Positions 1 to 9,983 of a stretch of DNA of 64,000 nt are shown in pieces (the stretch's first letter is position 1; each line of letters opens with the position of its first letter). The notes beneath the pieces were generated by a model that did not search any database, had not been told where the DNA came from, and saw only the letters and a list, made by a program, of their open reading frames with translations. Where the stretch lies: assembly GCA_963804645.1 (NCBI GenBank), contig CAWDRG010000009.1, positions 192,001 through 256,000 on the forward strand, read 5' to 3'. The position numbers were made by a program, and so were the translations under genes. Source of the stretch: an uncultured Bacillota bacterium. GTDB taxonomy: Bacteria > Sysuimicrobiota > Sysuimicrobiia > Sysuimicrobiales > Segetimicrobiaceae.

Positions 1-91
1 GCCGGGGTTCGGTCCCCAGCGCCGCAAACATCTCGGCGTACCGAAGGACGTCCTCCGTTTCTGGAGCGGACCGCGCCTCGCCGCCAGTCAT
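1..91 (-). CDS. ArsR/SmtB family transcriptional regulator, N-terminal part (runs off the window)
   Basis: Manual translation gives MTGGEARSAPETEDVLRYAEMFAALGTEPR, the typical ArsR helix-1 F-x-A-L-G-x-x-x-R pattern; GGGAG RBS upstream. Confidence 0.7.
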   Translation of the reverse strand, partial: MTGGEARSAPETEDVLRYAEMFAALGTEPR

Positions 92-124
92 GATTCTCCC
101 CCGTCGATGTCGTGAGGTCTTTAG

Positions 125-165
125 TTCGATAATTCGAGGATATCGGAAATATCGAAGATTGTCAA
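125..165 (-). promoter_or_regulatory. Sigma70 promoter overlapping an inverted-repeat operator
   Basis: TTGACA (165-160), 17-bp spacer, TATCCT (142-137); TTCGATA...TATCGAA inverted repeat overlaps it, as expected for ArsR autoregulation. Confidence 0.65.
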
Positions 166-264
166 GGCCGAACTGAGAGCTGCTCCGTGAAGGTCGTGCC
201 TTGCAGAAAGAAAGAGTCGAAGGGGGGCTGCTCCTCCTCGTCACCAATGCCGCCCCCTGGTTTC

Positions 265-672
265 CGGACCGCATCATTCGCACTTACAATCACCGCTGGA
301 CGATTGAGACGTTTTATCGAAACGGGAAGCAGAACCTGGGGCTATAGACGTATATGCTGCGGAGCGCCGAGGGCGCGAAGCGACACCTCTGCCTGGCCTT
401 GGTAAGCATTCACCCTCTTTCAACTGGGCGCTCAGCATCCGCGCCTCGGACGTCTGATTCGCGACCACGTCGCGAGCGTTGGGGAGATGTGCCAGCGGAC
501 AATCACGGAGACGACACGCATGTTCCTGGTTTGGCCATGAAGTGGGCGACCGGCGGATGCGATGTCGACACGGCCGTATCCCTTGCCTTCATGTCTCGGC
601 GTCAACCCCAGCCCGTCCTCACGTTCCTATGAACGCTTGGTCGTCGTAATTTCGCAACTTGCGCAAGTCCGG
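265..672 (+). pseudogene. C-terminal remnant of a DDE transposase (IS701/IS4-like)
   Basis: Frame reads RIIRTYNHRWTIETFYRNGKQNLGL*TYMLRSAEGAKRHLCL, with the RWxIExxxRxxKQxLGL motif and an in-frame TAG. Confidence 0.65.
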
Positions 673-801
673 TTGTGACTGCAAAACACGTGATTGCCGA
701 GATCGCAAAGATGACAGTTGATCGCAAAGTGTCCTTTCGGGTGCGTGCTCAGTGAAACGAGAGGATCACGCGGAGATTTTTGTGCTGCAAGGGTTTACGT
801 G

Positions 802-876
802 TGGTGGAGACGACGGGATTCGAACCCGTGACCCCCTGCTTGCAAAGCAGGTGCTCTCCCGCTGAGCTACGTCCCC
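802..876 (-). tRNA. tRNA-Ala(UGC)
   Basis: GGGGACGTAGCTCAGCGGGAGAGCACCTGCTTTGCAAGCAGGGGGTCACGGGTTCGAATCCCGTCGTCTCCACCA folds as a cloverleaf with TGC anticodon and encoded CCA. Confidence 0.97.
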
Positions 877-886
877 ACGCGAGTCA

Positions 887-916
887 AGTATATCCGCCGC
901 CTCTCCCGGCTGTCAA
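887..916 (-). promoter_or_regulatory. Sigma70 promoter of tRNA-Ala
   Basis: TTGACA, 18-bp spacer, TATACT directly upstream of the tRNA. Confidence 0.75.
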
Positions 917-1857
917 AATGCGGGCGGGGCCAACGGTCCTGAGTGTGCCGAAGGACTGACCCCGGGCGGCTTTCGCTCCAGAAACGCGCCGATCACCGCG
1001 ACGATCCGCGCAGGCGCGTCCTCCTGGAGGAAGTGGCTCGCGTCCTCGATCTCGTGCGCCTCCGCGTGCGGGTACCGGCGTTCCCACCAGCGGAGGACTG
1101 CAGGCGGCAACACAGGATCCAGCATCCCCCAGACCAGCAGTACGGGGATCGACGCAAACCTGGCCAGGTTATCCTCGATATGCTTCATGTCCCGGTACGA
1201 CGGGTCGCTCTCGCCCACCGGGATGTCCCGCGACCAGCAGAGCAGCGCTCGGCGAGACGCGGGGGTGGGAAACGGCGCCTGATACACGCCGAGGACCTCG
1301 GGGGTCAGCAGCGCCCGATAATGCGTCGTCCCGATGAGGGCTGGCTCGACGTATCCGTTTCGCTCGAGCACAAATCGCTCCCCTCTTGGCGAGCGGATGA
1401 TCTCGATCAGACGGGGAAACGGCGCGCCCGGCCATGGCGCGGACGCCCATGTATTCATGAGCACCAGTTTCGAGATCCGATCGGGGTGTCGCACCGCGAC
1501 GCCGAGCCCGACCGGACCACCCCAGTCGTGCAACACCAGTGTCGCGCGACGGAGGTCGAGATCGAGCAGCAGCGCCTCCAGGTTGTCGATGTGGTGGCGC
1601 AGGCGATAGGGGTACGGCGCGGCCGGCGTCTCGGACTTGCCCATACCCATGTGGTCCGGCACGATGCAGCGATGCCGTGCGGCCAGTGCTGGAACGAAGT
1701 TGCGGTACAAGAAGCCCCACGTCGGATCCCCGTGCACCAGGACGACAGGGTCGCCGCGCCCTTCGTCGACAAAATGCAGCCGCACACCGTTGACGGTCCG
1801 GAACTGTGCCGCAAACGGATACAGGCCCCCGAACGTCTCACGCTCGATCCCAAGCAT
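913..1857 (-). CDS. Alpha/beta hydrolase, haloalkane dehalogenase/OleB-like
   Basis: HGDPTW, PDHMGMGKS, HDWGG nucleophile elbow, HFLQED. Confidence 0.88.
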   Translation of the reverse strand: MLGIERETFGGLYPFAAQFRTVNGVRLHFVDEGRGDPVVLVHGDPTWGFLYRNFVPALAARHRCIVPDHMGMGKSETPAAPYPYRLRHHIDNLEALLLDLDLRRATLVLHDWGGPVGLGVAVRHPDRISKLVLMNTWASAPWPGAPFPRLIEIIRSPRGERFVLERNGYVEPALIGTTHYRALLTPEVLGVYQAPFPTPASRRALLCWSRDIPVGESDPSYRDMKHIEDNLARFASIPVLLVWGMLDPVLPPAVLRWWERRYPHAEAHEIEDASHFLQEDAPARIVAVIGAFLERKPPGVSPSAHSGPLAPPAF

Positions 1858-2086
1858 CGCTCGGCCCCCGCGTCGCCGCCGCCGCGCGACGCTCCATACC
1901 GTCCACGCACCATACTGGCCAGGTCGGCCGACGCCGTCCCGACTCCTTCGCCGCGTGCGAGTCGTGCCCTATCGTGGGACCGTCGATGCGACCGTCGGCT
2001 GCGGGACGGAAACGAGCACCGCGCCCGTCGGGACGATTTGGGGCCCCAGGACTTAGAGCGCGGTCGTGCGAACGTTACTTCACTGA

Positions 2087-3334
2087 ATGGACGACCCCAT
2101 CGCTTCCACGCCTTCTCCCGGGGTGGGCCCCGAACTCGCCGCATCGGCGACGGCGACCGGCCGGCCACCCGTCGCGCCGGTTCTCAACCTCCGGATCGCG
2201 CTCTTGGGCGCCGCCGGATTTCTGGTCGCGGTATCCTGGCAGTTTGTCACGCCCGTCCTGCCGGTCTATCTCTCCACCATCGGCTACAGCGCTGCGGCGA
2301 TTGGTATTCTTGCCAGCCTGCTGAGCCTGACGATGGGCCTCGTCGAGTCCGAGATCGGACGCATCACGGCCGCGTTCGGGCAGCGGTCGGCCCTGATCGC
2401 GGGGCTCGTGGTCAATGCCGCGGCGATGGCGTGGATCGTCCTCGCGCGGGCCACTTGGGGTGTCGCCGGAGGTCTGATCGGTGTCGGAGCGGCGCGCGCG
2501 ACCATCTGGTCCCCGCTCCACGCCAGCGTCGCCGCCACCGCATCCGAGGAAACGCGCGGCAGGGCGTTCGGAGTCTTCTGGACCCTCACCTCGGTCGCAT
2601 TTCTCACCGGGCCGGCGATCGGCGCGTACGTCGCGGAGCGGTTCGGCGTGCGCGCCGCGTTCTACCTCGGGAGCGCGGTCAGTCTCATCACCGTGGGGAT
2701 CGTGTTCGCCATCACCGAACCCCGCGCCCCGGCCACCAAGGAGCCCGCGGCGGCGGGGTGGGCCGTCCTGCGCAACCCGGTCGTGCTTCGGGTATGCCTG
2801 GTGAACCACTTCTACAACGCGATCTCGGCGATCTGGTCAACATTCCTGCCGCTGTACATGGTGCACCAGGGGTTGTCGGTCGTCACGATCGGCTGGCTGT
2901 TTGCGGTCCAGGGGCTGACGTACGCGTTGGTGCAGATTCCGACAGGCCGCCTCGCGGACAGGATCGGACCCGAGCGTCTGCTGCTGCCTGGCCTCGTGGG
3001 ACGGGCCTCCATGGTCCTTGTGGTTCCGCTGATGCACAGCGCGGGCCCGCTGCTGATCGCGGCGGCGGTCTTTGGGCTGACCGGCGGCACTGTTCCCGTG
3101 ACATTCACGATGCTGGTGGCGCGCTTCACATCGCGTGATCAGTACACGAGCGCCATGGGCGTCTACAACAGCTCGAGCGACCTAGGATTCTTCGTGGGCC
3201 CGCTGGTTGGCGGTGCGGCGGCCCTGCTTGGCATCGTGGCCCCGTTCCTCCTAGCACTGCCGATGGCGCTCGCCGGGATCTACATTGCGCGAAGCGGTCG
3301 TGCCGCGATCATGCGGGCGCAGCAGAACGCGTAG
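2087..3334 (+). CDS. MFS transporter
   Basis: About 12 hydrophobic segments; GRLADRIG motif A; RGRAFG. Confidence 0.9.
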   Translation: MDDPIASTPSPGVGPELAASATATGRPPVAPVLNLRIALLGAAGFLVAVSWQFVTPVLPVYLSTIGYSAAAIGILASLLSLTMGLVESEIGRITAAFGQRSALIAGLVVNAAAMAWIVLARATWGVAGGLIGVGAARATIWSPLHASVAATASEETRGRAFGVFWTLTSVAFLTGPAIGAYVAERFGVRAAFYLGSAVSLITVGIVFAITEPRAPATKEPAAAGWAVLRNPVVLRVCLVNHFYNAISAIWSTFLPLYMVHQGLSVVTIGWLFAVQGLTYALVQIPTGRLADRIGPERLLLPGLVGRASMVLVVPLMHSAGPLLIAAAVFGLTGGTVPVTFTMLVARFTSRDQYTSAMGVYNSSSDLGFFVGPLVGGAAALLGIVAPFLLALPMALAGIYIARSGRAAIMRAQQNA

Positions 3335-3498
3335 CCCGGGCCGGAGCTTGCAGCCTGGCCGTGCACCGCCACCCATGGCGAGGCCGTCTGCATGCCTCGC
3401 CCCCGTCGCATCGCTCGCTCTGACGCACATCGTCCGACACGCGCACAACGCGCTGTCCTGTGTTGTGACCGTCAAACCGTGAATGTTATACTGGCCGC

Positions 3499-3586
3499 GG
3501 AGGGATGGCAGAGTGGCCGATTGCGGCGGTCTTGAAAACCGCTAGGGGGAGACCCCTCGGGAGTTCGAATCTCCCTCCCTCCGCCA
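3499..3586 (+). tRNA. tRNA-Ser(UGA)
   Basis: GGAGGGATGGCAGAGTGG...GCGGT-CTTGAAA-ACCGC, long variable arm, GTTCGAATC, ends CCGCCA; TGTTATACT extended -10 upstream. Confidence 0.96.
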
Positions 3587-4150
3587 AGAACCCATGAACG
3601 ACATGGGTTAGCGCACAAGGCCTACAGTCCTGGTCCAGCCGTTTAGCCGAGAATTTGCTTCCTTGTACTACTTCGTACTACTCAGCGCTGAATCAATCTG
3701 AGACTGACGCAACGTCACGCACGACTTTGGATTGAAGAACACGAAGCACAGTTGGCGGCGCAAGCACCAGCTGAAACCGCTGCTGCCTCTGCTCGTCCGG
3801 ACGTGCGACAGATGAGTCGGAAAGAGTACAAGAAGCACAGAGAGGAAGCGATGCGCGACCTACGGCGAGCGCGCTAGGCCAGCGCAAATGGCGGATCAGG
3901 GACAGAGCCAGCGCCGGACGGGAGCCCGCCGACCGATGTCCGCAAGATGCCCAAGCAAGATTATGCCACCCACAAGCGCGCGGTGCTCACGGCTTTTCGG
4001 CGCGGGGCGGGCGGTTTTATCTGACGCGCTGTCGCTCCGCTCTTAAACATTTCGGCCCCCAGTCCAACACGGGCGAATCGGGACTAGGCTGGAAAGCCTA
4101 TGGGCGCACGGTACCGCACTGTGTAGAGTACGGACTAGGGGGAGACGCTA

Positions 4151-4261
4151 TTGACCACGTTCGACAGTTTCTTCGCCCACACTGAGGCGCTGACGTGGAG
4201 TATCGTCACGCTTGCGATCCTAGGTCTAATCGTGTACCTGTACACCCTCGTGCGCGGATAG
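4151..4261 (+). CDS. Putative 36-aa single-TM small protein
   Basis: TTG start after AGGGGGAG; MTTFDSFFAHTEALTWSIVTLAILGLIVYLYTLVRG; ends 17 bp before the response regulator. Confidence 0.45.
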   Translation: MTTFDSFFAHTEALTWSIVTLAILGLIVYLYTLVRG

Positions 4262-4277
4262 TCATGGCGGCTGCAGG

Positions 4278-4952
4278 ATGATCCGCCTCTTGATCGCCGA
4301 CGATCATGCCGTTTTTCGAGGAGCGCTCTCAACGGTGTTCCAGCGTCGCGCGGGCACACAGGATATCGAGATTGTCGGCGAGGCAAGCAGTGGACGTGAG
4401 GCCATCGCCTGCGCGCTCGAACTTCATCCGCACGTCGTTCTGCTTGACATTAGAATGCCCGACGGCAACGGATTGGAGGCTGCGAGAGCCATCCGGAAGG
4501 AATGCCCCGATACGCAGATCGTGATTCTGAGTGCGTACAGCAATCAGGAGTTCCTTCAGACAGCTGTTGCCGCCGGTGCCGTGGGATATCTGACGAAGGA
4601 CATCGATGCCGAGAGTCTCATCGCGGCCATCCATGCCGCGCACGAGGGCAAGACGACGATCAGTCCCGAGATCGCCCAGCAACTGTTCCGTAACATGGCG
4701 CACACCGATCCGAGAACTCTGTCGGCGCACTCGAAAATCTTGAGCACCCGAGAGTTAGAAATCCTCACCGCCGTTGCCAGCGGACTCGGTGACAAAGAGA
4801 TCGCCGCAAAGTTGGGCCTCTCAGAATCTACAGTCAAGACCCACCTACGAACAATTTTTCACAAGTTGGGCGCTCGGAACCGTTCTCAAGCGTCGGCTAT
4901 CGCCATCGAAAAATCGCTGATAGGTCGTCCCCCGCAGGGCGACTGGAATTGA
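4278..4952 (+). CDS. NarL/LuxR family response regulator (orphan)
   Basis: Receiver domain (ADDH, LLDIRMP, K) plus LuxR HTH (LSTRELEIL...KEIA...TVKTH). Confidence 0.93.
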   Translation: MIRLLIADDHAVFRGALSTVFQRRAGTQDIEIVGEASSGREAIACALELHPHVVLLDIRMPDGNGLEAARAIRKECPDTQIVILSAYSNQEFLQTAVAAGAVGYLTKDIDAESLIAAIHAAHEGKTTISPEIAQQLFRNMAHTDPRTLSAHSKILSTRELEILTAVASGLGDKEIAAKLGLSESTVKTHLRTIFHKLGARNRSQASAIAIEKSLIGRPPQGDWN

Positions 4953-5012
4953 GAGCGGACGCGGAGTCAGCCCACGCGCGCAATGAATCCCACCTCGCCC
5001 ACCTTATTTCAT

Positions 5013-6508
5013 CCTGAATCCGGCGTCATTTCTCCGGATCACGCAAGTGCTTCCGACGGCAGATCAGCGCCTAGCATAGCGTAGCGCACGTCGCAGAGGG
5101 ATTATGGGCCTTTGCCAATAACCCTGCTTTGGTAGGTATTATTGGCAAGTACCATTTTCGCGCGATTTCCGACGCCCAATGCGCCATCGGCGTGGTCCCA
5201 AACGCGTTCGCGTGGTCTTCACGCAAGACCACCTCACTCGCTTTGGCGGCGTCTACTTGTTGCATCGATTCTGTCAACAACTGCATCTGCGCCGACGGTT
5301 TCACCGCGAGGTCTCTTTCGCGCAGCGCAACAATTCGTACAGCATCCCGGAAATGCTGCTGGCGCTCCTGTATCCAATGATCCTGGGCCTTGGGCGCGTC
5401 GAGACCACAGAACTCCTTCGCCACAACGGCGTCTTCCAGGCGCTCACGGGCTTGCCAGCGTATCCGGATCCCACCGCACTGCGTCGATTCCTCCGCCGCT
5501 TCGCGTTGCGCGGCTTACCGAAATTTCGTCGGTTGCACGATCGCTTGCTCAGCGAGTTATGCCAGCGCCCGCGGCCACTCCGTCGCGTGTTGTTCGACTT
5601 AGACTCCACCGTACTCACGCTGTACGGGCATCAGGAGAAAGCTCGCATCGGGTACAATCCGCGCAAGTGGGGCCGCCCTTCTTATCACCCGCTCGTCTGC
5701 TTTGAGGCCCAAACCAAGGACTTTTGGCACGGAGAACTACGCGCCGGCGACGTGCATACGGCTGTGGGGGCGGTCTGGTTGCTGAAGGCATGTTTCGCCA
5801 AGCTGCCCGCTACAGTGCATCAAATAAGGGTGCGCGCCGATGCTGGCTTCTTCGACTATAAAGTCATCCGCGCCATTGAGGCGCACCGCGGAAAGTTCGT
5901 CATCGTGGCGCGGCTCACGCGGCCCCTGCAACGGATTGTCCCGGGGTTGCGCTACACGGAGGTCCGTCCCGGGCTCGCGATGGCGGAGTGCCGGTACCAG
6001 CCGCATGGATGGCCGGAGCCGTACCGTTTCGTCATTGTGCGCAAAGCACTGCCGGTGGAGGAGAGTGCCCAGACGACCCTATTCAATCTGGGGCGCTTCT
6101 CGTACCATGCGTTCGTCACCAACCTCCGTCTTCGCCCCCGCGCCGTGTATCGTTTCTACAATGCGCGCGCGGCCGTCGAACTGATCATCAAGGAACTACG
6201 CGCGGACTATCCGCTGGCCAAGATCCCCACCGGGCAGTTCGCCGCCAACGAAGCGTACTTTCATCTCCTGTTCCTCGGTTACAATATCGTGAACTGGTTC
6301 CAGCGCTTGTGCCTGCCTACCGACTATCACGCGATGACCCTCGGGACTCTCCGCCCTCGGCTACTCATGATTCCCGGAGAGTTCGTGCACACCCGGGAAG
6401 GACCGACCCTGCGGTTGCCCTCCTCCCCCTCGGAACAGAAGGCGATCAGGTACGCCCTCTCCCACATAGACCGACTCCGGTTCTGACCACTTTCACGCCG
6501 GATTCAGG
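5013..6508 (+). mobile_element. Complete IS1380-family insertion sequence
   Basis: Perfect 14-bp terminal IRs CCTGAATCCGGCGT / ACGCCGGATTCAGG; 5-bp target duplication TTCAT at 5008-5012 and 6509-6513. Confidence 0.93.
5179..6486 (+). CDS. IS1380-family transposase
   Basis: DLDST, GYNP..SYHP, RADAGF, FVTN, FYNARAAVELIIKE motifs. Confidence 0.92.
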   Translation: MRHRRGPKRVRVVFTQDHLTRFGGVYLLHRFCQQLHLRRRFHREVSFAQRNNSYSIPEMLLALLYPMILGLGRVETTELLRHNGVFQALTGLPAYPDPTALRRFLRRFALRGLPKFRRLHDRLLSELCQRPRPLRRVLFDLDSTVLTLYGHQEKARIGYNPRKWGRPSYHPLVCFEAQTKDFWHGELRAGDVHTAVGAVWLLKACFAKLPATVHQIRVRADAGFFDYKVIRAIEAHRGKFVIVARLTRPLQRIVPGLRYTEVRPGLAMAECRYQPHGWPEPYRFVIVRKALPVEESAQTTLFNLGRFSYHAFVTNLRLRPRAVYRFYNARAAVELIIKELRADYPLAKIPTGQFAANEAYFHLLFLGYNIVNWFQRLCLPTDYHAMTLGTLRPRLLMIPGEFVHTREGPTLRLPSSPSEQKAIRYALSHIDRLRF

Positions 6509-6624
6509 TTCATTGGAGTTTCCACCCGGACGTGAGACGGGGCGCTTCGACAGTTCACTCTGACAGGGGCTTGTCACGATCGGCCGCAGAATCGAGGGCA
6601 CAAACGCACGGTGAAGGATCCCAT

Positions 6625-6882
6625 ATGCCACTCTATACGCTGAGGCTATACTTCGGGGATAGCGCCCTGGAAGCAGAATTGGCAGAGCATGAAGCTGTGC
6701 CCGAGAGCATCCGGCGGAACATCTGGACGAGGAAGCGTTACGCTGATGATGATGCGGGTATCGTGGCGTTCGTCCAGAGCCTGGAGCGTCGGGACGAAGG
6801 TAGGATTCGCAAGGTCCTGGAGATTCGCGACGAGAGCGGTCGAGTTGTCGAAAGACCGGTGCGTACGGCAGCGAACCTGTGA
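6625..6882 (+). CDS. Hypothetical protein (85 aa)
   Basis: ATG after GAAGGA; globular-looking composition MPLYTLRLYFGD... Confidence 0.55.
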   Translation: MPLYTLRLYFGDSALEAELAEHEAVPESIRRNIWTRKRYADDDAGIVAFVQSLERRDEGRIRKVLEIRDESGRVVERPVRTAANL

Positions 6883-7636
6883 AGGCAACGGGCCTCTTAT
6901 TCTGCCCGCCGCCATCATGGTGCGTGGAGCGTTACTTCTTGCCGTCGGTCCCCAACACGCTATAGATCACGCGCCCGTCCTTCCGAGCGCCACGACTGCC
7001 ACGCGAAACCTCGAAGCCTTTGGCTGAAAGCGCCGAGACGGGCGCGGTGAACTGCTGACCCTTCTCATCGCTCGCCAACACGATGAGTTCCACGAGCCGC
7101 CGTGCCGCCGTTCCCTTCTCCGTCGTCTTCGCCTTGGTCTTCCCAGCCTTCGTCGCTGTGATCGTGCGATGCGTAGGTGGCAAGACGGCTTGGTAAGATG
7201 CGAGACACAACTCGTTGACGTGGAATACTCTCGTGGTGCTGGAAGAGTTCCAGGGTGACAAGACGGTTCAAGTTTGGAGTGATAATAGGGATAGCACGGT
7301 GACGATGATAAGAGTTAGGCAAGTCGTCCCTTTTTTGTTCATTAGGATTCGCCGAGACACAAGATCCACCTCGCTAACCCGGATAATTCACGTTGTTGAG
7401 GGCAAGAGGTGCCCTTGGTGCTAGAAACGCCTTGGTAGATCGGCATTTGAGGCCGGTCAGAAGGCGTCATCTTGCTGAAGAATATCACGACACCGTGTTT
7501 GTAATCATGCGCCCGCTCCGCCGATCTCCGCCGATAACTCCTGATCGACCGTGCCCTGGGGCTCTCCGCCATCGCTCGTTCCATCCTCGCCCGTCGGTTC
7601 ACAGGCATCACCAGCGGATGAGAATCGAACACCGCG

Positions 7637-8113
7637 TCACTCAGGCCGGAATAGATCGAGTTGCCCCTTGGGTAAACGACGGAGGCGGCGGCCAAAGGTC
7701 CGGATCCTTGCGCGGAGGCGGTGGCCTACACGGGGTGGCTTGTCGATCTGTCCTCTGCGAACGATCCGCAGCTTCTGCTCCCAACGGGCCCGGAAGCGCA
7801 GTGCCTCTGGGATACGTGGAAGGATATCCTGCCCAGCACGTGCGTTTCCCTCACGAACCGCTCTTGAAAGGGCGGCTGCGACGAGATCACGCGCCGTCTC
7901 GGTATCTTCTCGTGTGGCACCAAGCGCCTCCAAGTCCGTGTACCAGTCGAGAAAAATGCGGTCAGACAATTCTGCAATGGGCGTGAAGCCAATGTACGGC
8001 GACACATAGGACCGCACGAGTCCCCGATAGGGGACGTCTTCAAACGGTCTGGCAGCCGCTACGCTGCGAAGCCAGTTGTCGACACAGTCATTAATGCTCA
8101 AGTGTTGGCTCAT
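7637..8113 (-). CDS. Hypothetical protein resembling an isolated tyrosine-integrase core-binding (SAM-like) domain
   Basis: xxxWL...Y...VRSYVSPYIGFTPIAELS....DWY..L......A...VAAALSRAVREG pattern; no catalytic domain follows. Confidence 0.5.
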   Translation of the reverse strand: MSQHLSINDCVDNWLRSVAAARPFEDVPYRGLVRSYVSPYIGFTPIAELSDRIFLDWYTDLEALGATREDTETARDLVAAALSRAVREGNARAGQDILPRIPEALRFRARWEQKLRIVRRGQIDKPPRVGHRLRARIRTFGRRLRRLPKGQLDLFRPE

Positions 8114-8258
8114 GGCACGACGACCACACTCAGCCGAATAATTCATTTTTTCCGGCCAGAAACCCGCTTCCCGCGAGAAACGTACAGGGATCGAGGCCAA
8201 GGGTGTCGTAATAATGATAGCGTATACGCTATCACTATAGCACGCCACGGAGGCCTGC

Positions 8259-8576
8259 ATGCCGTCGTCTCGGACGTCGACCACCCCCGCGCTCCTCTTA
8301 CGTGGTTCCCTCATCACGCTGAAACGGAAGTGCGGGCGGCCCGGGTGCCGCTGTGCCCGGGGCGAGCTCCATACGACGCTAGCGCTCTCGTACAGCACGG
8401 GCGGGGTGACCCAGATGGTGATGCTGCACGACGCGGTGCTCCCGGTGGTGCAGGCGGCGCTGGCCCGCTACCACCGCGCGCAAGGGCTCCTCGAGCGGCA
8501 AGTGCAGGCCAGTGTGATGACGCTGCGGGCCCAGATCGCACGCGAGAAGGCCGCGACGCGGCGTGGACGGCGATGA
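8259..8576 (+). CDS. DUF6788-like IS-associated small protein
   Basis: LLRGSL...KCGRPGCRCARGELH motif; GGAGG RBS; stop overlaps the transposase start (ATGA). Confidence 0.75.
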   Translation: MPSSRTSTTPALLLRGSLITLKRKCGRPGCRCARGELHTTLALSYSTGGVTQMVMLHDAVLPVVQAALARYHRAQGLLERQVQASVMTLRAQIAREKAATRRGRR

Positions 8577-9983
8577 TGCCGATGCCCGTGCTCACCGCGC
8601 GCGCGACGCCGACGGCCGGACTGCTGTTTCCGGGGCTGTTCCCGAAACCGATCGTCGTCGAGTGCGATCAGGCCCAGGGCAGTTCGGACGGCGGGGCCAT
8701 TCTGCTCCGGGCCGCCGATGTCCGGCTCAGCTTGACCGCGTTGCTGGCCGGTTGTGTGAAGGATCCGCGCCAACCCGGGAAAGTGGAACACGACTTTGAG
8801 GCCCTGCTGGCGCAACGCGTGTACAGCATTGCGTGTGGCTACGCGGATGCCAATGACGCGGCGCGCTTGGCGCACGATCCCATCCACAAATTGCTCTTGG
8901 GGCGGGATCCACTGGCGGGCGCGGCCTTGGCCTCGCAACCGACGCTCTCGCGGTTCGAGAATGCCGTCGACACCAAGGACCTATACCGGATGGGCGAAGC
9001 GCTGGCGGCGCGGGTGATCGAGCGCCATCGGCGCCGCCTGCACGGCCGGGCGAAGCGCATCACGATCGACCTCGACCCGACCGATGACCCCACCCACGGT
9101 GCGCAGCAATTGACCTTTTGGAATGGGCATTACGACACGTGGTGCTATCTGCCCCTCGTCGCCTTTCTGACCTTCAACAATGAGCCAGAGCAATATCTGG
9201 TCGCCGCGGTGTTGCGGCCGGGCAATGCGTCGGCAAAGGACGGGGCGCTCGGGATCTTGCGGCGCCTCCTGGCCCGGGTGCGGGAGGCGTTTCCCCTGGC
9301 CTGCATTCGGGTGCGGTTGGACGGCGGGTTCGCCGGGCCGGAGGTGTTGACGTTCCTCGAGGCCCAGCCGGGGGTCGCGTATGTGGTGGCGATGGCCAAG
9401 AATGACGTGCTGCTTCGCATTGCGGAGCGCGCGATGCGGCAGGCGCGGAAGCAGTCGAAAACGAGTGGGCAGACCGAGCACATCTACGGCGAGGGCCGCT
9501 ATGCGGCCAAGAGTTGGAAGGGGACGCTGCGGCGGGTGATTTTCAAGGCCGAGGTCGTCCGGCTCGCCGGCCGCGCGCCCAAAGACAACCCGCGGTTCCT
9601 CATCACCAATCTCAAACGGAGCCCGCGGTGGATCTATGCGCACGTGTACTGTGAGCGGGGCGACATCGAGAACCGCATCAAAGAACTCCATGAGGGCCTG
9701 CAGATCGATCGCACCGAGCTGCTCCACGTTCCTCGCCAACCAGTTCCGCGTCCTGCTGACGGCGGCGGCCTACGTGTTACTGCAGGAGGTGCGGCTGCGG
9801 GCGGCGGGCACGGCGTGTGCGCGCGCCCAGGTCGGGACCTTGCGCGAACGGCTGCTGAAGCTCGGCGCGCAGGTGGAAGTCTCCGTGCGCCGCGTGGTCA
9901 TTCATTTCCCCGTCGCGTTCCCGTTCCGGAGCAGCTTCGACAAGATCGCCTTGGCCTTCGGCGGGCTGCTCAGATTCAGATAG
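8573..9983 (+). pseudogene. IS1380-family transposase with a +1 frameshift near 9716
   Basis: SSDGG, LASQPTLSRFEN, IDLDPTDD, RLDGGF, RGDIENRIKE; continues as (T)SCSTFLANQFRVLL in another frame. Confidence 0.85.

Noticed and set aside
943..3138. 731-aa + strand ORF and many other long overlapping ORFs (e.g. 28791-30218, 50112-51920, 60134-61582)
   Set aside because: Antisense or alternate-frame shadows of well-supported genes in high-GC DNA; Arg/Pro/Ala-rich with no recognisable motifs
3875..3877. In-frame TAG as pyrrolysine or programmed readthrough
   Set aside because: No pyl genes in the window and no start codon for the frame; decay is the simpler explanation
6932..7340. Short ORFs between the two IS1380 elements
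   Set aside because: No recognisable motif or convincing start; probably debris
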